Origin: Podarcis filfolensis
Lineage: Eukaryota
Strand: one strand, 5' to 3'
Assembly: GCA_964270895.1 (NCBI GenBank)
Contig: OZ185444.1
DNA: 64,000 bases
The position numbers were made by a program, and so were the translations under genes. How positions within the stretch are numbered: position 1 is the first letter of the stretch; every line of letters begins with the position of its first letter. Below, in pieces: positions 47,648-57,237 of this stretch. The notes below the pieces were generated by a model. It was not told the DNA's origin and did no database searches. It saw only the letters and a program-made list of their open reading frames with translations.

Positions 47648-48098
47648 AGGTCTGTATAGTTAAAGCTATGGTTTTCCCAGTAGTGATGTATGGAAGTGAG
47701 AGCTGGACCATAAAGAAGGCTGATCGCTGAAGAATTGATGCTTTTGAATTATGGTGCTGGAGGAGACTCTTGAGAGTCCCATGGACTGCAAGAAGATCAA
47801 ACCTCTCCATTCTGAAGGAAATCAGCCCTGAGTGCTCACTGGAAGGACAGATCCCGAAGCTGAGGCTCCAATACTTTGGCCACCTCATGAGAAGAAAAGA
47901 CTCCCTGGAAAAGACCCTGATGTTGGGAAAGATGGAGGGCACAAGAAGGGGACGACAGAGGACGAGATGGTTGGACAGTGTTCTCGAAGCTACCAGCGTG
48001 AGTTTGACCAAACTGCGGGAGGCAGTGGAAAACAGTAGTGCCTGGCATGCTCTGGTCCATGGGGTCACAAAGAGTCGGACACGACTAAACAACAACAA
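47648..48098 (+). mobile_element. 5'-truncated Bov-B (RTE) LINE, 3' end
   Basis: ORF2 C-terminus (IDAFELWCWRRLLRVPWTARRSN...YFGHLMRR...WLDS), in-frame TGA at 47728, tail GAGTCGGACACGACTAAACAACAAC. Confidence 0.92.
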
Positions 48099-48776
48099 TC
48101 CCATTGCGAGTAGGCAGGACAGGATACTTAGTAGCAGGTGTAGCAAACAGGTTTTGCTCTTACACCCCCCCAAATGTTCTTTATGTGTCTAAATAGGAGT
48201 AAGGAGTAAGCGACAGCTATTCACTTCTACATGAGATGTGAATATAAGAAGGTATATATGAGAGCATATATAAAGGGATAAATACACTCAGGGATACCCT
48301 TGAAACCTGTCTTTCTGTCTTGTTGCCATCCCATCTTAGATCCTGTCCCTCTTCTCAGCTCCAACCCCTATGCAGCTCTGCATCCTCTGCTGCTCAGCAG
48401 TTTCTGATGTTTAGCTGTGGAGGATCTTGGAAAGTCTGTAACCTCATATGCCTGCACTGCTCAGCAGGAAATAATTGTGCAGTGAGGGAAGAGTGGCATG
48501 GTTACGAGTTCAGCTCACGACAGAGTGAGAAAACTCTCTTCCTCCATCAGAAGCTTGCTGTGTTTTCACACTGAGCACGGAGAGAACTCCCTTTCTCAGT
48601 GGCTGTCAAGGCAGAATTATCCTGAAATTGTGTGAACTGGAGGTGAAAAGTGTGTAAATGAGTTCATTTCTGTGAATGTATGAGTGTGGATCTGTGTGGC
48701 TTTGGCTCTGCACTCCAATGGAAGGTTATCCATGAAGGAATGCAGTCTTTTGATTGAAAACAGTCAAAACCTCTGT

Positions 48777-48778
<2 letters not shown>

Positions 48779-48838
<60 letters not shown>
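48779..48838. repeat. Compound microsatellite (GT)16(GA)14
   Basis: Counted directly. Confidence 0.95.
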
Positions 48839-48842
<4 letters not shown>

Positions 48843-49264
48843 AACAGGCATATATGCTCAAGTTTCCAAGAATCAGCAAAGGTTATCTGCTTTAAACATG
48901 AAAAGACTCAAGGTACAAGACTATAAGTAAGAAGACTGTCTGCTTCGTATAGATAAAGGAATTGGTTTAGTTATTGATACTGAAGAAATGGGGAAACACC
49001 TTTTTTGCACTACTTAGAAAATGCACTTACTGTACCATTTAGTAATGCCTAACTACTAGTTTTTAAGACTGCTTGAAGTAACCCAATTGTACAGGTATTA
49101 AAACAGATATCATTAGTAGAAGTGAGAATGTAAAGAAAATCCCATATATTGAAGTAATTAACATTTTTAGAACATTATCACACAAAACCTAGTGATTTTC
49201 TTGTAACTCCTCAATGAAACTGAGCTGGAAGATTCAGAACAGACAAAATGAAGTACTTCACAAA

Positions 49265-49490
49265 AGCCATTGATGGCCACCAACCTGGATGGTTTTAAAA
49301 GCGGATTAGAAATATTAATGGATAAGGCTACCTGTGACCACTAACCCTAATTAATGTATGTGTGCTACCTGCAGTTGGAGGCAGTAATGCTGGAAAATGC
49401 AGGACGGGACGGCTGTTGTGCTTGTGGGCTTCCCATAGACATCTGGTTGGCCACTTTTGAGTAGAGAATGCTTGGACCATATGGGTGACA
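49265..49490 (+). mobile_element. CR1-type LINE 3' remnant
   Basis: GATGGCCACCAACCTGGATGGTTTTAAAAG...ATCTGGTTGGCCAC...GGACCATATGGG resembles squamate CR1 3' ends. Confidence 0.55.
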
Positions 49491-51276
49491 GGATTGATCA
49501 AGCATGCTCTTCTTGTGTTCTCCTTTTTCTGCCAAGTGCTATTCTCTTAAACTTCAGCATTTTCCTCTCATCAATGACACATCACAGCTATCATTAGAAT
49601 GTGCTAGCATTTTTAATTTTGGAAATGTCAACACCACTTCCTTAGTTTTTTGTTTTTACTACGAAATGTGCTTTTTTAGCATTCTGCAAGCTTTATTATT
49701 CCAAATGCAACAACTTTTCACAGACCACCTATGCTTTTTGTCAAAACTTTTTACCATATTAAATGACAGAAATACAGGTAAGATGTTAATTTTACTACAA
49801 AATTTTCCCATTCAGAATTATCATTATAAGTAACTTGTAACTTGTGTGCATTCAGCTTTCCATGCTTGGTAAAAAGTTTTTTTTTAATTAAAAAGGGGGC
49901 AGCCATTCAGGAAAAAAGGCTTTGGCAATCCCATCCACAACTGAACCCAGTATGTTCTGAGTATATGCAATCTGGCTTTATGCACCCTCCCTGCAATGTA
50001 ACCCCTGCGTAAATCAAGAGTCACCTGTAATTTGGCCCATTCATTCAATTAGCGGCAAAAGAGGTTGATGACCCGCCACTTTAAATTGTAAATGGCTGAG
50101 ATCCTGGCCTGTCATGCTTCACTTCCATCTCAAAGCATCCCTATGGGAAAACTGCTGATGAGGACCTATGGGTTACAAAATATTAAACAGACTGCAGAGG
50201 TAACCAGTGAGCTTCCAGCTTCAATTCAATACGCTGACACAATCACAGCTTGCTTTGTGGAGTAACTATCCCCATGAATCCCTATGTTGGCTGTAATCAT
50301 TAGATCAAGCCTTATTCATATTCCCACTACAGCAAGTGAAACAATCAGCAACAAGGAGGAGTTTCTCTGTAACCACCCACAAGATTGGAAGAAATCCTAA
50401 AGATAGATCAAAACTATGTGCTGGCATACTGAACATGTTTTATTATTTTATTTAAAATATGTAGTGCACCATTTCCCAAGGTGCCTTGCAAACAAAGTAA
50501 AGTCAAACACACTGCTTATCTATGGGTTGTCAGCTAGGATTAATATGATGACCTGGGAGGTTGAAGATTTTATTGGTAGGCTGTGGAAATTTTCCATGAA
50601 GCTTACCAAATCTGAATTGTTGTTATACTTCTGTATTATGTTGCTTTATATGTTTTTATTCTTACACAAAATGCTTTGATATAAGGTAAGTAGGTATACA
50701 ATTGTGTTAAATAAATATATTCTGCAATAAGAAAAATTTAGCTGAGGATTTCGTACTGATGGGAATTTAAAAGCTCCTTGAATAATCACTTGGGTCATTT
50801 CCCAGAACTGACTAATAAAAGCTGTTGGCTGAAAATTTATGATGGAGTGCAGTATCTTTACACTTGCATTTCCAGTAGTCATTATTTCAGAAGTCACCAG
50901 TCTAACGGGAAACATGCTACTCTTTAAAGCAGAAGCCATCAGTTATATTACTTATGGGATAACCATAGCATTATTTTAAACAAAGGCAGTGTTGAAGCCA
51001 TTAACTGAAAAGCTGTGTTCTCTTTTCCCCATAGCTCATGACTTGGTTCAATTCTGCCACTTGCACTGCTTTTCTAATATTTGGCTGTAGGTTTGGCTAA
51101 TGTGGGTGAATCTTTTGCATGATAAGGTATGAGACTAACAAAACAATTGAAACTCTCAATCCACTGTGGTTCACCATCTTCCACCCCACTGCTGGCAGGG
51201 AAGTCACCCTGTTGAGAAGTGTTCCAATGTCCCTGCCCCCCAAAAAACAATATGCATAAGGTATCACCCACAACCA

Positions 51277-51460
51277 AGGGTGCCAACATGAATAAAATAT
51301 GGGGGGGGCAGGTAAGCCCCACCCCACATAACTGATCACAAGACATTACAAACACACACCATTTGAATAGCAATGGCTATCAACTTGGGGGGCTAGCCCC
51401 CTCAAATGTTTTGTTGGGGGTAGTGTCAAAGGGACCTCAGCCCTCTCCAGCAGAGGTAGC
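51277..51460. mobile_element. Non-autonomous DNA-transposon-like repeat
   Basis: AGGGTGCCAACATGAATAAAATATGGGGGGG start and internal GGGGGG/CCCCC inverted blocks; family recognised from memory only. Confidence 0.4.
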
Positions 51461-51634
51461 CAGCAGAAACCCATAAAATGTGAGGGCAATGGGCCAGATG
51501 CAGACCTCTTCGCTGCATCAGTCTGGGAGTGACAAAAACCACTCATACATCAACTCATCTCACACTCATTGCCAAGCATGCTCAGATAACATATCCGGTA
51601 TTCTGTCTAACCACTGCTAATTGGAGTTAAACAA

Positions 51635-51785
51635 GGTAAAGGGACCCCTGACCATTAGGCCCAGTCGTGACCGACTCTGGGGTTGCGGCGCTCATCTCGC
51701 TTTATTGGCCGAGGGAGCTGGCGTACAGCATGTGGCCAGCATGACTAAGCCACTTCTGGCAAACTAGAGCAGCGCACGGAAACGC
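51635..51785 (-). mobile_element. 5'-truncated Sauria SINE
   Basis: Matches the 3' half of 12922-13266; 13-bp TSD TGGAGTTAAACAA at 51622-51634 and 51786-51798. Confidence 0.9.
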
Positions 51786-52089
51786 TGGAGTTAAACAAAC
51801 CAAGTAATAATATACCACCATAAACTGTAGTAGTAGGAATACTACAGACTAGCTATTAGAATAATTAAGATTACATAATTCCCTCTTGGGAGGCTTCAGC
51901 TAAATGCATAGTTGTTGGCATCTGTCTGTCTGGAGAGACAATGGAGTGTGCCTCCAGGGATGAAGTCAAACCACTGCATTATGCATAAACACATAGCTGA
52001 GATAATTTCATAATGGTTGCAACCATATATAACTCTGGACATTCTCCCTACCACAATCCTACTTTTAAATTAGAGAGAGAGAGCTATAT

Positions 52090-52315
52090 TCCTTATAGAT
52101 CTGTGTTTTTAACATTGATTTATATGGTTGAGTTGCATATGTTTGTTAATCATTGTTGCAAACTTCGCTAGAGGGGAGGAACTTTAATTATAATTATGCT
52201 TAATTGTTTTTTAAATGATTTCCCTCACCCGATGTTTTTAACTGTTCCTATTTTATCTGCAAGCCGCTTTGAGTCCCTGTCAGGGGGGGAAAGGCGGGTT
52301 GTAAATAAATATATA
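52090..52315 (+). mobile_element. LINE (L2-like) 3' end remnant
   Basis: GCAAGCCGCTTTGAGTCCC...AAAGGCGGGTTGTAAATAAAT terminal motif. Confidence 0.45.
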
Positions 52316-52654
52316 ATTTGAAAAAAACCGTATTTGCACTGACTTGCAGAGCAGGGTTACCTCTTAAGCCCCCTATCCCACAAACTGGCGGCAGAGCCGA
52401 ATATTAATTGACCCCACCCTCAAAGAGGCCACATTTCCCGGGGCCCCGTGAGACGATTTTCCTCTCGGAAACCCCAACGAAGGTTCGTCCTGATCAACGC
52501 GGCGTTACCATTTCGGGCGCCTAAGACAGAAAGAAGGCACGAGAGCGAGCCTCTTACTGGGGGCCGGGAAGGGCAAAGGCGCGCATTGAAGGAGTCGGGG
52601 AGATCTAACACCCCCCCTTTTGTGTCAACTTGGTGGCTTCCGCCCTCCAGTTAC

Positions 52655-52800
52655 CTGCACGTGAACGGCGGGCAACGGCAGCCACCGCAGAACCTCCTCC
52701 CAGCGCCAAACCTTCAGTCAGGGGCGCCGCTACGGCAAGCGAACGAAGGCAAACTTCCCGCCCGCGGCGGGCGCGCTTGCGCAATACCTCGCCCTGAGCC
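52655..52800 (-). other. RAD52: Candidate RAD52 non-coding exon 1
   Basis: Donor CAG|GTAACT on - at 52655/52654 at the edge of the CpG island. The upstream (5') boundary is a guess. Confidence 0.45.
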
Positions 52801-53229
52801 CGTGGGAGGAGCCTCTACGTAGCGCGCCCGCGCGAGTCAGAATTGGAGCGGCGCCGCCAGTGGTGTGTGGCGGCGGCGAGGAGGGGGGGGAGGACAGGGG
52901 GGCAGACCAGGAATCTGGGACGTGTCTGGGAAGAGGTGGCGTGGATTGGCGAGGGGAGGCGGGAACGATTTTCGGCAGGCGAACGCCTATTGGCCAGGGG
53001 GAGGGACCGCCGCGCGACTAACGCGATTGGCTTCCGAAGGGCTGGCAGGGAAGGTGGGCGGGGACACGAAGCGCTACGGAGAGCGGAGGGGCCAAGAAGA
53101 GGGTCGTGAGCGGGTGAGCTTGTGGTGGTTGGCGGGCGGAGGGAGGGAGGGAGGGGGGGGGCGAGTGGGAAGGCTTGTAAGCGGAGCATGCTGGGTGTAG
53201 TACGAGTGAATCGATCGATCCCATCGATG

Positions 53230-53518
53230 GTCGCGTGAGGCGGGCGGGGCGGGCGTGTGAGGGAAGAAGAGGTCTTGAGCGTGTCGCGCGCGCCGGCGAA
53301 GAGCGAGGGGAGGCAGGGCTCGCGCCAGGGGAGAGGCGGGGCTTGGTGTTCGCCTCGCGCCGGGGGCGCGGGCGGGGAGCTGCTCGCTCGGGTGAGGAGG
53401 AGCCGGAGCGCCAGCCGTGAGGGGAGCAGCGGGCGGAGGAAGACCAGCCTGCTCGGTGCCGCCGCCGCCACAGCAGCTGACAGACAGTGGCAGGGAGGCT
53501 CAGCCGACCCGGAGGCAG
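53230..53518 (+). other. ERC1: Candidate ERC1 non-coding exon 1
   Basis: GC-rich with GCC repeats. Donor CAG|GTCAGA at 53519, alternative G|GTGAGG near 53391. The start is a guess. Confidence 0.4.
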
Positions 53519-56406
53519 GTCAGAGAACTGGGCCTGTGTGCGGCGTGTGAGGTGAAGCCGACGGTGGTCGAGATGAGGGTCTCGACGAGGGTCTGTGTCG
53601 CTGAGGGAAGGGGGGAAGGTCGGGTGGGGCCTGCCCGCCTGCCTCTGCCGGGCGTGTGGTCATAGTTGGCACCCCTTGACCCGGGGCCTATCAGCTGCTC
53701 CACGGAAGCGGGAGGGAGGGAGAGGCCCGTCCCCTCCACACGAGCCGGGCATCCACGTTCCGGGAAAAGGTGCTCCATCCAGGATGCCTCCTCTTCCCCG
53801 CCCCCCACCCTAAACTGGCTCTGCCGAGGCTCCCTGCCGTGCTCAGAACCGTGGCCTCTCCCTCGACCCCACCCCGTTAGTATGAGGCGGCGGCGGGGAG
53901 GTGGACGAGCCCCACCTGTCAGCCTCGTCGGCAACAGCCAGTGAAATATTTTTTTTCTTTTGTTAGGGGGAGGATAGCAAAACGGATTTGCGGACATGGG
54001 CGCACCTATTGTTGCAGCTTCTCGCCCGGCGCTGCAGCCCTTTTGCACATCCTGACAGCTGATGCTACTCTTCGATAGGTGGCTTGATAAATGCACAGTG
54101 GATCATGTAGTCTCGTAGCCGTCTCTCTTATTCACTGCCTCATGTTAGCAACTGTTAACCTTGGGGTGGATGCGATCATCATCTTTTTCTGTGGCTTGGC
54201 AGTCCAGTAGTGTAACAAGGTGCTCGCTTTTTGTTTCCTTGAGCGGGCTGATGGTTCAAATCATTGCAAGAATGGCAAGCAAGCAGCCTTCTTGAAGAAT
54301 TTGGCATGCAATGCATCTAGGTACAGGACCTGAAAATAAAAAATCTCTGGTATGGTGGCAAATTTATCCTTTACTGGAACGGTGTACTAATAAAATATTT
54401 TCTGGAGCCTGTGCATAAGATGAGCAAGAGTTTTAAACAGTAGCTTATCTTTCATAATTCCATTTTGTCTTTAACTCTGATTGGATTGTGAAACTCTGCC
54501 TTGTTCTGGTAATTCCATCAAATATAATGAGATGGGGCTCATGCTGTGGAGGTAGCAGAAATAGATGGCATTTCCTTGCAGGGGTTGGGATTGGTGATCC
54601 CTAGTACAGTATCTTCAGTTTTGTTTTAAAAATTCTCAGATGGGTTGGGAAAGATCTGTTTTGAAGTATAGGAGTTGTTGCCATTGAAAATAGATTGGCT
54701 AGATGAATTGTTAACCTACCTCAGTATGTGGCAGTTTCACAAATTTAGAAATATTCACCCTTGGTTAGGAAAGTGTATAGTCTGCAGGGTTTGTCCTAAT
54801 CATCATATAATACAGTTTAAGAAGTATTGCCTAGAATTTGGCATAACTTGTCACTTGAGATCATTTTTGTGCTGTACATGAACTGCTTCTGAGTATTTTA
54901 AATGGACCATTTTAAAATGAAGCAGAATTACAGTCAGTGCAATCTCAAAAGAGATTTCAACACTTTGATTTTGCACAATCTGAGTTAGATGTTGTCAATA
55001 TAGCATGTTTCTCTGGTATAACTTAACTATTTAGAATAGTTTTTAGGGGGGGAAATAGTGTGTTTCCTTTGGCAAACAACATTTTGATATTTTATTGATT
55101 TATTAATGGTTTGCTGAACAAAAAAAAATTACTTTTGTATAGCACATAACATTTTTAAATTTAAATTCCAAAATATTTACCTGTTGGTTTGATATGATTT
55201 CCTGCCCCTGTTTTTGAGTGATGAAGCCATAAATATTTTTACAACAAATCCATTTTTCTGTAAAGCTGTATTGATTGTATCTTGCAGAGAACATAAGAAC
55301 ATTACTAGTTTTGATTATTCATGATAGAAGACACTGTGGTGCCTAAACATTTCTAGAGGCTGAAGACTAGAGTGCAAAAAATATAAGAGGTGTTAATTTT
55401 TTACAATTAAACATCCAATAAAATAATAATAGCATGGTGTTAAAAAGTCATCTACAGCAACAAACACGTTTAAAATTTTTTAAAAAGATAATAAACGGGC
55501 AAAACTGTTATATTCTGGACTTTGGGAGCCAGAAAAACCCATGTACAGAGTTCTGTCAGTACAGGGAGGGGTGGCTTATTTTTCCCCTCCTATGTCATAA
55601 TGTCATTTGTGTTCCTCATCCTAAATGTGATTTTTGGTATATTAGTATTATACTGTTCATTCACTTTGTATCTGCTAGGAATTGATAAAGGTACATGCAC
55701 TGATAGCCTCTCCTGTACTGGTTTTGGTATTTTTGTTATTTTTGTCTGGTTATTGCTTTGCAGGGATGTGCTTTGCTTTTAGGCATGTTCATCCATTACA
55801 CAACACAGACTTGACTTCTCCACCCACAGCAATCCATTTTTTAAATAGTGAGTAAGAAGCAAGAATGCCTCTGGAAAGAAGAATCAAGTGACAGGTCTAG
55901 TTTGAATACGCCTTGCCTGATTGTGTTTAAGAACAAGCTGACAGTGGCATAATTAAGATGGTATTTTTGTGCACATCCTGAGAGCAAGCAAATACCAGTT
56001 TCAGGAGTTAGGAAAGTCAGAATCCATTTTCCAAGCATCATTAACTGCCCTGAGTTCATGTACCTAACATCTGATGGATAGTATAAGTCAGCCTTCACCA
56101 GCTGGGCTGGCTGGGGCCAGCCAGAGTCGTCGAAAACATCTGGAGGGCATCACATTGGCAAAGGCTGATTTAAGGCAGGCATGTTATCTAGAGCTGTTGC
56201 AAATGTGTACCTAGCTCCACTCCAGGAGGTGCACAGAACGTTTGAATAATGAGCACAAGACTGATTGTATTTTGTGATGCACTTTGAGGGAATGAGGATT
56301 TAATCCTTGCACAAACTCTGTAACTTAGGCCAGTCCTATCCACAATTGATCCTCATGTATAATCCAAAACTGTTGGGTGTGCAATGGGGCTAGGCATCTC
56401 TAAATA

Positions 56407-56580
56407 GGATGGTAGCTTAGTGGTAGAGCACCTGGTTTTCATGTAGAGTGGTGCTCCAGGTTCAGTCCACAGCAGCACCCATCAATATCACCATCTGAAA
56501 TCCTAGGGGGCCACTGCTAGTCCATGTAGACAATACTGATCTAGATAGATCAGCTGTATAAGGCAGCTTTGTCTGTTTCC
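56407..56580 (+). mobile_element. Degenerate tRNA-derived SINE
   Basis: GTAGCTTAGTGGTAGAGCA (A box), CCAGGTTCAGTCC (B box), tail TGTAGACAATACTGATCTAGAT...TATAAGGCAGCTT. Confidence 0.6.
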
Positions 56581-56762
56581 TGTAGTTTGCATCTGAGATG
56601 AGCTTTTGACTGGAGACTGCTCCTCTACCAGCTCTGATTCTAATGATTTGATTTTGTTTTCTTAAAAAACTTACCCCAGTTGCATAGCATAAACCAGTGA
56701 AGTGTGTGTGAAGGAGTGGGAAATCTGGGGAGAGCTGAAGAAAATCATACTGCTTGCAAGTA

Positions 56763-56983
56763 AGGTAAAGGGACCCCTGACTATTATGTCCAGTCGTGAC
56801 CGACTCTGGGGTTGTGGCGCTCATCTCGCTTTATTGGCCGAGGGAGCCGGCGTACAGCTTCCGGGTCATGTGGCCAGCATGACTAAGCCGCTTCCGGCAA
56901 ACCAGAGCAGCGCACGGAAACGCTGTTTACCTTCCCGCTGGAGCGGTACCTATTTATCTACTTGCACTCTGACGTGCTTTCGA
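56763..56983 (-). mobile_element. 5'-truncated Sauria SINE
   Basis: Matches the 3' two-thirds of 12922-13266; 14-bp TSD ACTGCTTGCAAGTA at 56749-56762 and 56984-56997. Confidence 0.92.
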
Positions 56984-57101
56984 ACTGCTTGCAAGTAGTG
57001 TGGCTTTTAAAAGTGGGAATTATGCATGCATTTGAATGGAGCATTGAAAGAAGCTACTGCATGATGCCCACAGCAATTGCTCCAGGTTTAAAAGCATATA
57101 A

Positions 57102-57237
57102 TAGGGGTAACCAATGTGGTGTCCTCTAGTTGTTAGACTACAATACCCATTCATTCCTGATCATTGACCATGCTGCTTGGGGCTGATGGGGGTTGTACTC
57201 TGACAATATCTGGAGGGCACCATGTTGGCTACTCCTG
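57102..57237. mobile_element. Short palindromic hAT-like MITE
   Basis: TAGGGGTAACCAATGTGGTGTCCTC...GAGGGCACCATGTTGGCTACTCCTG inverted ends plus family core. Confidence 0.6.

Larger units (their letters stand above)
52380..54060. promoter_or_regulatory. CpG island; bidirectional RAD52/ERC1 promoter
   Basis: Abrupt rise in GC and CpG. ATTGG boxes at 52842, 52945, 52989 and 53026; E2F-type TTCCCGCC at 52755 and GGCGGGAA at 52958; E-box CACGTG at 52658; G-run clusters. Confidence 0.9.

Noticed and set aside
47640-48192. 177-aa (-) and 140-aa (+) ORFs
   Set aside because: They are the antisense and sense frames of a truncated Bov-B fragment, with an in-frame TGA upstream. They are not host genes.
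52815-54096. 218-aa and 198-aa ORFs and several shorter ones
   Set aside because: Stop-poor by-products of CpG-island composition, Arg/Pro/Gly-rich with no recognisable domain.
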